A DNA stretch of 64,000 nt from Gnetum montanum (taxonomy: Eukaryota > Plantae > Gnetophyta), in assembly GCA_015680685.1 (NCBI GenBank), contig MNCI01000415.1, forward strand, positions 441,086 to 505,085, given 5' to 3'. Each line of letters opens with the position of its first letter. Position 1 is the stretch's first letter. Both the position numbers and the translations under genes were made by a program. The notes below the pieces were generated by a model. The model worked only from the letters and a program-made list of their open reading frames with translations, had not been told where the DNA came from and did no database searches. This document shows positions 38,005 to 51,539 of this stretch, one piece after another.

Positions 38005-38495
38005 CATCATTCGCTACGATGCTAAATTGGCAACAAACGTCCGCTACGACGTAAAACTGGCACTCCCCTCATGCGTCCGCCATGACGCTAAACTGGTACT
38101 GACCGTCCGTCACGACGCAAAACTGACACATTGTAACCATCTGCTACGATGTAAAACTGGCAATGTTGTACAGGTCTGCCAAGATGGAAAACTGGCATCT
38201 TTTGCATGCGTCTGCCACGATGCTAAACTGGCACCGGTTGTCCGTCATGACATAAAACTGACAAAGGTAAGTAACCGTCTGCTGAGACGTAAAACCAGCA
38301 TAGACTTGTCCTTGGGTCATGACATAAAACTGACATCCACAGCATGGTCTGCTGAGACCATAAATCAACCCCGTCACCGTCCGCTACGATGTAAAACTAG
38401 TATTTCTCAGTCCGCCCAGACTTTAAACTGGGACCATGGTCTACTGAGACTTAAAATCAGCAATGACAGTCTCCCAGGACTTAAAACTGGAACTC
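38005..38495. repeat. Degenerate tandem array (ccgYYaYgaYgYWaaactggca) immediately after integrase
   Basis: About 15 aaactgg/aaactga units; explains ORF 37997-38626. Confidence 0.85.
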
Positions 38496-39631
38496 CCAAC
38501 TGCTCTCATGCAACTCAAGCGAGCGTGATTATCTCTGTGCAGCTGCAAGACACATGGGATGGAACACTGGAACCATTCCAGCATCACTACCCCACCGGCA
38601 TCCTACTGATTCCTCGGATGTGCTGAAGGGCATACTACTGACCCCTCGGAGATACCATCACCGCACCCATTTTAGTGGTGGCACCTCTGAGAGGTTCATT
38701 TCGCCGTCTGAAGCCCCAAAGGCATTCGCATCAACTGCGGCTTTGGGGATCTCTGCTCATCATCACTATCAGGCTCTGGCTTCACAGATTCATCTAGCCG
38801 GTTCTTTGCATGACCAGTCAGATGCGCTGAGTCTGATGTTCTTTGCCGGCGATATGCTGGGCCGAGCATTAAGGGTGAAAACTCGGGCCTCGTGCTACAG
38901 TTCCTCCTTCATGGCCTGACCAATTTATCTTGCCTCTAATAGCACTTGTTTCAACAACCTCGCCTACAATTCGCACGGACAATGGTATCCTCTATTTTCT
39001 TCTTTGGTTGCAGGTTACTTGCTTCGAGGATGTCATTCAAAAATGCATTCATCTGAGCGGTCAAGTACAAACAACGTTTTGAAATAGCTACTCAGGTTAG
39101 CTTATCCACTTAGAAGTGCATCCCTGTTCCCCTTATAATCCTACCCTCAGCTCTTACTGTACTTCATCTCTACCATCTGCTTCCCGTTTGCAAAAATCTA
39201 CGCACGCAGCACTTGTTTTCCACATTCGCATTACAATCAAGTCCATAAATCGGCGTAACGCAATTCACCTAACGGACGCAAAAAAAATGGGGCCAGCAGA
39301 ATGGGTGAAACACATCCACCCAGGCCATGCAGACGCAACACAATTCATCTATGCAACCCCTTCATCTACAAAATGACGGCATAACTCCATGCTAACACAC
39401 CTGCAGGAGAAAGCCTAATTGCTTATGCATGAAGAAGACGTCCTTACTCATTTGAGTCTTCCTGGAACCTGTTTCCTCTTGTACCATCTTATCTCCTACT
39501 TCCTCCATCTTTGCTCTTCTATGTTGACAGGGCGACACTTGAGTAGCCATTGATGAACGCTATTAGTGTTTCTGCCTCTCCGGTGTTTCGTATTCTCTGT
39601 CGATGTCTTTCGGGCAAGCCCTCTAACCGTC

Positions 39632-39646
39632 AACAAAGAGGGGCCA
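39632..39646 (+). promoter_or_regulatory. Polypurine tract of element A
   Basis: aacaaagaggggcca directly before the 3' LTR. Confidence 0.85.
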
Positions 39647-39647
39647 T

Positions 39648-41201
39648 TGAAACACCGTGAAAATTGTGAGTCGGCCTCAGGCAAAGATTCGCGATTCAGA
39701 CAAAAGTACATGACAAAATTCCAGAAAGAAGAACAAGGCAGGGCAAGGTAAAGAGGCGCGCGGCATCAAGACTTTGGTTTCCTTTCACAGATTTATTATC
39801 TTACTATGTTTTCCATCCTTACGCTATAATATGCAATGTAGCGTAATGACGCTCAACGTAACATAGTCTGACATTAGAAGGCGGTTTACTTCAACAAATT
39901 TGATGAAGCCTAAGGCCTAAGCAGCGTAATATGCGACCCCTCGTGTATTCTACTAAGTCTTTTGTCCAAGGGCAGAGTTACGCTCTGTTACGCAAGGTAG
40001 CGTAACAAGCTTTGGAAATGTCAAAAAAGGACCCAAAGGAAGCACAACAAGTCAAGTTACGCTCATTACACAACGTAGCGTACGCAGCGTAATCCATCAC
40101 CAAGTTAACCATTGTTTACGCTTCACTACGCTTGGCAGCGTGAACTAGCGTAAAGTAGCTTGAGTCCCTTACTTGTGTGCTTTATTACGCTCTAGTACGC
40201 GACGCAGTGCGTACGAGTGTAATGTAGCCCAAAATCAATTAAGACATGCCCGATCCACATTTGTTATTTATACACACAATACGCAGATGCGCGTATTGTG
40301 CGTAGTCACGAATTTCAGCATAAGGATGATCAAGTCAACGATCTTCCGAAAGGTTTGAAACACGTGTCAGCATAGCCATTCCTTTTCCACATGTCGTCAA
40401 ACTTATAAATACCTCAGTTGGCAAGAGAGACAAAAGGGGACGACAGAAAAAGAGACACAGAGACACCAAGACAGAGAGAGAGCAACATTTTTCTAGCAAT
40501 CATTTGGCAGCACTATCTTCCTAAAGAGACAGGAGACATTTTGCCTGAGCATTGGCAGCAGGAGTGATTACCTCTTTGGCGAAGACACAACTTTCTCCAT
40601 TGGTGATCGTCAGCAGTTTCGAGAAAATACTACCTAAGGCAAAAGGAGTAGATCAGAGATCAAGAGATCATCTGGTGTGGTTTGTGAGTTTCTATTGGCT
40701 AGAAGCAGTTGATCAATAGACGTCAGAACTTGACCTTCCTTGCATCCTATCTCTGGCCTATGAGGTAGATCGAACTCCATTCTGTATTTCTGCTTAGACA
40801 GTTTTCCTTGTTATTTTGTGTCTGCTTCACACAAGGCAATCGGGGTCTCCCCAGTGTAACATGATATACAAAATATTCATTTTTTAGGTCAAAGTCATAG
40901 ATCTTGAAATCACGCGTTTCTCTCGTGTCTGATTCCTTTTTATCGCGTTAACGTTATCATTATTGTAATTCATCTGCATTGTTTTTCTCTCATTTCGTGA
41001 CTCATCGAATGAAATCGTTCCACGAAACAATCATAATCTCCATCGGTTTACTGATTTAGTAAGTCCCTGTCTGATTGACAAGACCGTTCAGGGCACTGTA
41101 GATTCGTTTTCTCCAGCACAGCCCTCGCACGGATCCGCGGTTAAGACTGTGTACACGGATTTTGTTTGGTATTCCAGCTGCCGACATTTTCCGTCGTTAC
41201 A
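39648..41201 (+). repeat. 3' LTR of element A (1554 bp)
   Basis: Direct repeat of the 5' LTR, followed by the TSD. Confidence 0.97.
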
Positions 41202-44200
41202 ATGATAATTTCATTAAGCTGGTGATAGTGATGCTAATTCAAACTTTAGACTCATAGCTATAGATGAATGATTTGAGACATGATCAATGATATTTTTTAT
41301 GATAATAATGTTGATGAGCAATACATAATTTATCCAAAGTGTAAGAGATGATGTTGAAAGTGAAGATAGAATTCTTTGAGATTTTTAACAAAGATAAGAC
41401 GTGATTAAAGATAAACAATGATGATGAAGGATTACTATTTATAGAACAAAGAGTCCAAAATTTGAGGCCTTAAAATCAATGAAGAAGTATTGATATTGAC
41501 AACAAATCAATATAGGAAGATGATGGTAATATTCATGATGATAGTGATGCAAAAGATGATGTTAAAAATGATGTACGATCATCTCTTTGGTTATTAGAAA
41601 CATTATAACTAACAAATAGGGAGCCTTTATGCTAATTTGATTAAGAAAACAAAGTGAAAATAATGTCAAACTTTCACCGTATGCATTGCTTTGCATGACA
41701 TTGTAGAAGATAGAACTTGAGATGCTACTAAAGAGTTGAAGAAGAGTAAATGATGCTAATGGTGATGCTAATAATGGATTGTTATATGATCATTAGCTTC
41801 AAAATATAGTTGTTGGTGTAGGATCATGATTCCACTCCTAAGTAGTCTTGATAAATCATTTTAGGTGATTGCTAGTCTCTAGTTCCATCAAGGCATGAAT
41901 ATCCCCAAATGGTTGTCATTGGTATAAATGAGGTAATTATGGCTAGATCTACATTAATAGTAAAAAAATTCAAAGAAAGTGTTTCCTTGTATATGAATAA
42001 TGGTTATCTCTTTTAGCTATTCATCAATGTAATGATAAAAATTAAAAGTTTTCTACTCATTCAACTTTAAATTCTACATAGCTATTATTATAAATATAGA
42101 AGTTTTATAGGATACGTCATTTTTGAATTTTGAGCTATTAGCTAGCACACTTCCCAAAGATAAATCACAAAATTTCTACTAAACAAAGTAAGAATCTAAG
42201 ATTGAATAATTAATCGTAAAGCTTAAAATTGCATAAAAGATGACACCAATTCTACATTAAACTGATTCAAAACTGACACTTATTGAATCTATCCCATTCA
42301 ACTAGAATAAAAAAAATAAGCTAAACCTCAGCTTCTAGAGAAAATAACTTATTTCAAAACTTACCATTTACTTAAACATAGTAATCTAACTTTAATATAA
42401 ATTAAGAAAAAACTAAAAAAGATAAGATGCACCTATTTAAAATGCCAGTGTAGAAATAATCTTTATAAGCTTTTTCAAAGATGTATTCTCCTCCCTCCTA
42501 GATGTTGAATATAGATTTTCTCAAAGCTTTATATAGTAGCTTTTGACAATTACAATAGTTACAAAATCATAGTTTAATAAATTTCACGTTCTCCTCATAT
42601 AGTTACAAGTAATTGGAGAATTGCTCAACTTCCTAATAAGCTTGAAATGTTTCAAGTAGTTGGAGAAGTTAAATGTTTCCATATCTTGAAAATTTTGTGG
42701 TGCTTCTTCCATTTCCTTGTAAAATATTTTGGGCTATAACTCGATGGAATTTAAGGAAGCTCTTCTTAGTTATTTAATGGTAGCTCTTACTTTGCTTTAA
42801 TGCTTAACTCTGATACCAAACGATTCTATAATTCAAAATCCTAAATAAGCTTGTCCAATAATACTTGAAGCTTCCTTTTTATATGATCTCTTGGAGATAG
42901 GCTATTTGAATATACTTTTGACATGTCATAAATCTTGATTTTTCTTGTGGATCAAGAACTTAAAAAGGGGGTTGAATAAGTTTCCCAATGAAAATTTCAC
43001 CTACCACATGAACAAACCAAGTTGTATGTGATTCCCCAACTTGAGTACATCCACACCCGGAACATAGAATCTATGCACACCTCTAAACTTTATTTCTCAA
43101 AAAAAAAAAGAGTATAGTTTAAAGGACACCACATCCTGTACAAGCTCTAAGATCTACTCTAGAGTGTTTCTTTGGTACAAAACCACTCAACCTCACAAGG
43201 TCCAACAAGCTCAAAATGTGATTTCAATGATCCCATAACCTTTACAAAATTGAGCTCCACTTCGTAGTGTTTTAACACTGCAAAATCACTCAACTTGCAA
43301 GATCACAACAAGCTTAATGTGAATGCCTCCTTGTAAGAATCACATTAACCATACATGGCTATAAGAAAGAGAGAAAGATACAAGAAAAGAATGTAACTAA
43401 ATGTACAAGTCCTTGTACTTGAAGCCTACAACTTACAATCAAGAAAATGATGATGCAATGAAGAGCAATAATAGAATAGACAATAATTGATCTTTTGTGA
43501 ATAGTGCTTCCAAAATTTCCAAGATTTTGACATCTTTTTATAGCCTCAAAGTTTTTGAAAACTCCTCAAATTTTGTGTAATGACTACCAAATGGCTAGTG
43601 TAGACATCTACTTCAAAGTTGGGACGTCTCACTAAGATTGGCCTCAATTCAAGAAAGACATCTCACTAGCAAATGGAACATCTACAAGGAGACATTTGCT
43701 CTAGGACATAGACGTTTACTATTTTTCAGAGATGTCTCCTCAACTTTTGAGCTCTAACTTCTTATGCTTTCTCCTATTAATTTTCCTTCTTTCCAATCCT
43801 TGGAGCATCTTCATTTGATTTGTAGCCTTCATTTTCATTCATGCTCTCATGTTATCCATGTGGTCATCAATTTGACTTCTTACCATAGATCTCATTTTCT
43901 TAAGTTCTTAAATCTCATCACGGAGTTCTTATTCATGTCATACAAAAACATTATCTACCAAAAACATTCTATTTGCTCCATTTTTCTTAAGTTTTTAATA
44001 TATCAAAAGTTCAAAAATATCCCCCTTTTGGTGATGTCCAAAGCTTAAGAAAATAAATTAGTAGCTATTATGGCATAAACTTTAAATAATAGTAAACAAT
44101 AAAATACTTAAGACGTATAAATTTCAATGGTAGCCAAAGGGTATCGCTATGGTAAAAATATACGAGCTTAAGAAAATAGAATAAAAAAGAAATAAGTGAT

Positions 44201-44416
44201 TTCCATAAATTATCTAAGGGTCAACCTATCTCTATAACATAGATGAATTCATATACAAAGGGCATAAAGTTCACAAACATTTTCCCATTCATAAGCATAC
44301 CACAATTAGATAATCAGAAGCTATAACATACTATCATTGTCCATCCACAATGTACAAATTTATACTATCCAAAAAATTCTCTCCCCTTTTAGACATCATC
44401 CAAAAGAAGGAACCAC

Positions 44417-46057
44417 CTAAGGATTATAATCACTAGCCTCAATGGCATCATCTGAATCCTCATCAGAAGTAGTTGTAGCACAAGAACATGTGTAGGTCTC
44501 ATCATCATCATCATCATCATTATCAGTGCTAGTGTTGGAGACATGTTGCTTGTTGTCATTGTCCAAAGATGGTATCTGAACTGGAACCCTCTATGAACAA
44601 AGCTTCACTCAAAATTAAGATGAAGCTTGTAGATCATACTAGGATGGAGCATGCTCAAAGGATGAGGAAGCATCCTTTGATAAGTGATAGGATCAACAAG
44701 TGTCCACTAGGAAGAAGTCCCAAAGATGCTCTCCATGGCCTACTCCTCAAGTATCTACAAAGCATCATCTTCATGATGCAAACTAGGTCCAAGCTACATA
44801 GGATCATAAAACTCCCCTTGGACACGTGCTAGTGGCATAGTAGGCTCCTCTAAATCAAATTCATTTCCTAAGTCATAAGCTTGGGAAGGCTTAGCTACCG
44901 CTGAGTGTTTAGGTGAGGCTGGACAAGCCTTCTCACTATCTGATATGGAAGGAGTGGTGATCTCCTCAAACTACTACTTATTTAGAGGAACATGTACTCC
45001 CGCTGTATACATTCTCTTACAAAGGTAAGAGAGATTCTTGTTAATCATCCTAATAGTACTAGCAAAGGGTTTAAGCAACTTTGTTAGAGAAGATCTCGCT
45101 TGGCCACCAATAGATTTAGATCTTCTCAACTAAGGAGAGGCTTGAAATGGTAATGTAGATTTCTTCTTCCTTGATTTTTGAGGTCTAGTATTGGTTTCTA
45201 CATCTTTAGCATGGGCGGAGCTCAGCTTTTCTAAATAGTCACCAAGGCTCCTCCTGCTTGTAAGCAAAGGCATGTCAAGAATGAGAACACCTCTTTGTCA
45301 AATTAGCAAATTAATAATGTAAGGATGCCTATAGATTATCTCCTTGGTGAACAAACCCAACAGGTCTCTGTAGAGAGTATGATCCAAGTCCAAAGGTTTT
45401 CCTATGAGAAGGAAATAGAGAAAAAATTCTTGGGCTAGTAAAAAATAGTTATAACTTCCTCCTTATATAATGATATTATATAAAATAATGAAAGAGAGGA
45501 TGAAAGCATCTAGAGCCATTTGACTCCTATAAATTCTTCCACTACATAAAGACACTGACCCCCCAAACAAAGCATCGCAAAATTCATCTTGGGAAATAGC
45601 AATCACACCATTCATGAAAATGTCATTTATGGAATGAATGATGATCCTAAAAACATCAGCATTGAATATCCCAAGAATTGCATTAACTACTTGAGAAGAA
45701 ATGTCAATCAACATGCCACCAACCATGATAGTAAAAGCCCCAAGAGAAGCATTTGTAATCATAATGTTACTATAGAACTTTCTTTTGAGAATTTCAAGCA
45801 CATAAAAATCCAAAAAAAATGAATGAAACCCAATTCAAAACTTGAAAGAATCGCATCAATTTCTTCTGACAATGCTTCTAGAAATAAAGAGAATATTCAA
45901 AGATAATAAAGACAGTTTGAGTTACCTCATACCAATGCTAGGCCATAATGAATCTGAATTGTGGAGAATAGGTGCTTGCAGTGTTGGAGGAAGCTTCCTT
46001 TAACTTCTTGCTCTTCCTCAGTGGTGGCCTTAATGTTCCAACCTTTTTGTGGGCCAT
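44417..46057 (-). pseudogene. ENV-like / Transposase_32-like ORF of element D
   Basis: KRKFYSNIMITNASLGAFTIMVGGMLIDISSQVVNAILGI aligns with the element C ORF; ends in a poly-Asp tract. Confidence 0.72.
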
Positions 46058-46429
46058 GAATTTTGAAGAAAAATGCACAACTCACTATTGTTGGAGAAGC
46101 CCTTGTCATCTACCCTTAGTCATCTATGCTTGGACATGGAGGAATGAAGGAGATATGAAGGATTGGATTTATATAATTATGGGTGTCGAGGGCTTTTTAT
46201 GAAAATATAGACATCTCCTTTGAGATATAGATGTCTATGTTATGTCTAGCAATAATTAGGTAGATGTATCACTTGAAAAGTAGATTTCTCTAAGTAGATG
46301 TCTATCTTCTTACAAAGATGTCTTCAAGTAGTCATCTCAACAAGAAAAGATTTGGGATTTTCTGCCAATGATGATAGTCTTAAGAGATATTAAAAATGAA
46401 TTGATGACTTACCTCTACTTACCTTTCTT

Positions 46430-48224
46430 GCTTAAGAAAATGAAGGTGCCCAAGGAGCTTGAGAATGAGATCCCTCTTTTGAGGTACCTTCTCTTATGCA
46501 AATTTCTTCTATTTTTAAAGACTGGCTTCCCTGAACAAATTTTTTGAAGATGATTCTCTTAATATCATCTTTATTCTTTTTTATTTTCCATACCTTCCTA
46601 ACTTCCTTGCCTTTTTGATTTGTCCACCCTTTCTTATTGTCTTGCATAGTTTCTTTTCTAGATACATCTAGATAAGACTAAGGAGTTTTGTGATATGTCC
46701 CAATGTTCATATGATAATACTTCAAGTTGAAATTCAATTAATAATGCCCAAATCTATTACAATAATAACACTTAACCTTTTTTTTAAAGTTATCAACCCT
46801 TGGAGTTGCTCTTTGTTTGAACGTAGTGCTAGTAGTAACCTTAATTTTTGAAGTGGCCTCTTCTTTGGATAAATTTTGTGTGGATGCTTATTCTTGTTGA
46901 TAACATCCTAGTCCACTTTTATCATTTGGACTTCTTCCTTGCCCAAGAACTATTCAGAGAGATTATTTTCCTTTGACCAACTTTTCATTTGAAAGTTTAA
47001 CATACAAGTTCTTCCTTGATCTGCTCATAGGACAAGGTTAGTTTTTTATTCTCAACCCTTAGGTCTAAGGTTTCTTTTTTGAAATCTAAAATTTTCATAT
47101 TTAATAAAGACACATCTTGATCCTTGTTTTTTAATTCCTTCTTTAACTTGATACAAATATTTTGAAGAGATAGAAGTTCATTGCACAAGAGGTCATACAT
47201 TTCTTCATCAATTTACATTTGATCATCATCATCAGATAAGCTAGTATCCTCATCTATGAGAGCCATACAAATGAGATGTGAATCTTTTGAAGTGTCATCC
47301 ACCTCTTCTTCACTTTGCTCTCCATCATTCCAACTTATGTAGAAGTTGGTTATTTTGACATCCATGTTAGTTTTTTCTTTTCATTGCAACCTGTCATTGC
47401 TAGGACATTTGGAAGCCACATGGCCTCTTCCACCACATAGCCAACATTCTATTGAAAAAATTTGAATTTAAAAAATTTTTACCTTTATCTTTACCTTTGG
47501 TGTTGGATTGGTTGGGTCCTAGTTGATTAAAGTTCCTTCCTTTTCTTGCTAGAAGCCACCTTTGAACCCTTCTTGATAGAAGAGATATTTCTTCCTCACT
47601 TCTTCATTTTTTGTTCAATTAGTTCCTTCTCTTTAGATGCTAATTTCAAGGTGATAGGCTTTTCTTTTATTGCTTCTACACTTATCAGATTCATTTCATA
47701 AGTAATAATAGCACTTTGGAGCTCTTCAAATTTTAAGATAAAAAAATATCTAATTTATTCCATAGTTGTAATCTTAGGTCTAAATTTAGGTTGTAGTGTT
47801 CTAATCATTTTTATGATTACAATTCTTTTAGGCAAGTCCTTTCCTGTACCCCTAATTGCTACAACTAGATCATTCGCCCTAGAAAACATACTCTATAATC
47901 TTTTCACCTTCCCTCATTTTCAGTTTTTCATATTCACTTTGCAAAATTAAAAGATTTTATTCTTTGACCATGGAAGTTCCCTCATAGATATAAACAATTT
48001 TTTTCTTTAGAGTTAAACATAAACTTTTGTCTTTCTTTAGGCATCCACTTGCTTCATGGATTAAGGGCCTTTGATGCACTATCGATGTGTAGTATGTATC
48101 CTTCAAGAATTGACTCCAATACCTCAAATTCCATCAACTCAAATAAGCCTTGCATCCTTATCTTCCAGTAAGCAAAATCAAGCCCATTGAACATCAGTGG
48201 CTTTATGTAGGATGTCCCCTCCAT
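46430..48224 (-). pseudogene. gag: gag of element D
   Basis: MEGTSYIKPLMFNGLDFAYWKIRMQ; CWLCGGRGHVASKC knuckle; VWKIK. Confidence 0.88.
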
Positions 48225-51200
48225 AGTTCACCCTTAAAAGTTAAAGCATAAACTTGAGAGTACCAGGCTCCAATACCACTTATGGATCAAGAACTTAGAA
48301 GGAGGATTGAATAATTTCCGCAATTAAAATTACACTTGCCACATTAACACACCAAATTTTGCATGGTTTCCCAACTTGGGTACATCCACACTCATAGGAT
48401 AGAATCCATGCACAACTTCAAATTTTATTTCTTAAAAAAATGTAGTTTGAAGGGTACCACATCTTGTACAAGCTCTGATCTCTACTCCAAAGTGTTTCAT
48501 CACTACAAAAAAACTCAACCCCTCAATGTCCCAACAAGCTTAGAATGTGATTTCAAGGATTCCACAACCTTTACAATATTAAGCTCTGCTCCATAATGTT
48601 TTGATGTTGCAAAACCACTCAACCCCATAAGGTCCCAACAAGCTTAATGTGGATTCCTTATCACAAGAAGCACATCAACCCATAGAGCTACAAGAAAAAA
48701 GAGAGAGACACAAGGAAATAATGTAACTAAATTTACTAGTCCTTGTACTTGAATCTTAGTACGACTTACAATCAAGAAAATGATATTATAATGAAGACCA
48801 AAAATAGCATAACATAGAATAGAAAATGATTGATCTTTTGTGAATAGTGCTTGCATAATTACCAATATTTTGACATCTTCTTATAACCTTTGAATTTCTA
48901 AAAAATCCTTAGAACTCATGCAATGGCCACCAAGTAGCTTGTGTAAATTTCTACTTTAAAGTTGGGATGTCTCACTAAGATTGACCTCAATTCAAGAGAG
49001 ACATCTCACTGGCAAACGGGACATCTATAGGGAGACATCTACTCTAGGACATAGATGTCTACTATTTTTCAAAGAAATCTCCTCAACTTTTTCTCTTTGA
49101 CTTCTAAGGATTTCTCCTATCAATTCACCTTCCTACTAGTCCTTAGAGCATCTTCATTTAATTTGTAGCCTTTGTTTTTGTCCATGCACTCATCTTGTCA
49201 ATGTGGTCTTCGTTTTAACTTCTACCTGTGGATCTCATTTCCTTAAGTTCTTAAATCTCATTGTGGAGTTCTTGTTCATGTCCTACAAAAACATTATTCA
49301 CCACAAACATTCTATTTTCTCTATTTTCAATAAGGTTTTGACATACCAAAAGGTCAACATTACTAAGCTACTCTATCATCACTATTTAATAATTACATGC
49401 TTAGTACAAAATAGTCATTTATCTTATCTTTTGTTAATATAGCTTTTAATTTTCTCTTACGAGTGATTAATATGATGTGACATATAAGTAGAACTACTTT
49501 GTAAAACTACCATTCTTGATTCTAGTAACAAGCTCTTTCAATCCTTTTATTTCACTAATGCTAACATGGTAATTAAAACTCAAATAGTCACCTAAGACTA
49601 CTTTCCTTCTTTAAAATTTAATTAAGTTGTTGGAGTAAGAAATTTGATTGCTTTTTGATTCTATATAATCTGTATTGATGTGGCCCTTAGTTAGGATTTA
49701 ATATCTTTTAATTCTCTTTTTCTTTATTTGTGGGATGTTAAGCTAGATTGAAATCAAGTACAAGTGTACATGTAGCAAGTTTTTTGTTTAAATTCCTAAA
49801 TTATAGCCTTTTTATATCCTAATTTATCTTCTAGAACCAATTTGTAGATCTAATTTTTAGTTCTATGAGCTTCTTCTCTTAGATTTGATTTAACATGGCA
49901 AAACAGCTTTGCAACTAGCCCGTACAACCAATTCATAGAACCAATTTTCAATTCTACAAGCTCTTCTTTTATCTTCAGGTTACATGACTTTTGAGTTTTC
50001 TTTAAATCATCAAAAAACATTTTTTTCCAGGTTTAGTTAAGCTAGACTAAAACTAAATCTAGCCATGTATAGAATAATTCTTTGTAGGTATTGTATTCAA
50101 GCTCTTTACTTTCAGTGCTGACATAGCTTAGAGAACCATTTTAGATATTATTCATAGAATTGAATTTTGATTCTACAAACCATGTTTCTTAAGAGCTGAT
50201 GTGGCTCATAGAATTATTTTAAAGCTCATTCTATGAGCTATGTTATATTCCTTATCTCCTTAATCTTTATTTGTCTAATCCTTAACATGCTAAGCTAGAT
50301 TAAAAAGTATAATAAGCATGTGCACAATTGTGTTCATAATATCTTGTGGATCCAATATAAAACTCTTCTTAGTTCTAATGTGTTTTGTAGAACCATCTTA
50401 GCTCTTGTTCATAGAACCAAAATTTGGTTCTATGAACCTATTCTTTATTGGTGCTAAGGTGGCAAAATATCTCTAGAGTTACTTTCAATTTTTGGTTCTA
50501 CGAGTTCATTGAATTTTTTAAAGATGATTTGGTAGATCAAAAATTAATTCTACTCATAGAATCATTTTTGATTTAACAAATTAAGCTTCTTTTTTCTCTT
50601 TCTATTTTCTTTATAAACATGATTCATGATGATGATGTGGCTTGTAGAATCATTTTTGGGCTTCCTTGTAGAATTGATTTTTGGAACTTGGCCTTTGTTG
50701 TGTTTGCTCTTCATGGTGAAGAAGGGGAGTTATGTGGATTGGATTTCACTATTGAAATAAAAAATAAAGGGATATGTACTTAGTTATTATTATTCCTCTG
50801 CATTGTACTTCTCATATGATTATCTCTTCCCTATTGTTGTTAAAGGTTTTCAAAGTTCAAATTTAACTAAAATCATCTTGAATATGAAAGAAAAAAATAT
50901 AGAGTTGGTATTATGCTTATTTTTGGATGCCTTCTCAAAGAAGAAAATCATCATGGAGCTACTTTCCATGATTCAACCCACCAAAGTCTAAGGTAAAGGT
51001 TAGAATAAGCTAGACTGTGACTATCTAACCCCAACTATGGTGAGAGTAGTAATGCAACATTTTAGCTTTAAGAACAAAGTTGTTCATATAATAGTAACCA
51101 TTCATCTTTTCAAGATGAAAAGAGCCCTATGAAAGAAACATTGTATAATAAAACTATGTGGAAGGACTTTGGTAAAATTATAAAAGATGACCTTCCAGTA

Positions 51201-51539
51201 GTGATTAGCAGCAAGGTTAATAAATAGCTTAGCAAACTATCTAAGGTTCATTCCATCATGGTGAGTAATGAATTTCTATATGATTTAATGATTGCTAATT
51301 ATACCATGGTGAGATACTACTTTAAGTCTAGAATCTACAATGAGATGCTTAGATTTAATAAACAAGTTTATGAATCCACTCTGGTACCAAAAAATGCACT
51401 AAATAAAGATATAAAATTTTCCTATGGAGAGTTCATTTTTAATTGGTCAAGAACTTATATGCATGTTCATGAATGGCCTTGAGGACAAGATCTCTTTTCT
51501 TGACTTTCTACCTATTTACACCATGATGATGTTGTTGTT

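Larger units (their letters stand above)
23630..41201 (+). mobile_element. Element A: full-length Tat-clade (Ogre/Retand domain order) Ty3/gypsy LTR retrotransposon carrying an internal antisense gene
   Basis: LTRs 23630-25182 and 39648-41201 (TG...CA, roughly 95% identical by eye); TSD ATGAT (23625-23629, 41202-41206); PBS; PPT; GAG-PR...RT-RH-aRH-INT. Confidence 0.97.
42946..49359 (-). mobile_element. Element D: complete pol-less Sirevirus-like copia element (LTR, gag, ENV-like ORF, LTR; 6.4 kb)
   Basis: LTRs 42946-44016 and 48281-49359; PBS TGGTATTGGAGCC (48266-48278); two PPTs (~44017-44029 and ~44377-44390) as in Sireviruses; near-TSD TTTCT/TTACT. Confidence 0.88.

Noticed and set aside
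37997-38626. 209-aa ORF after integrase as env or extra gene
   Set aside because: Translation of a tandem repeat (recurring RHDAKL); no domain features.
41207-41800. Acidic degenerate sequence flanking element A, possibly a hAT transposase C-terminus or host gene
   Set aside because: Too decayed; no convincing motif or ORF.
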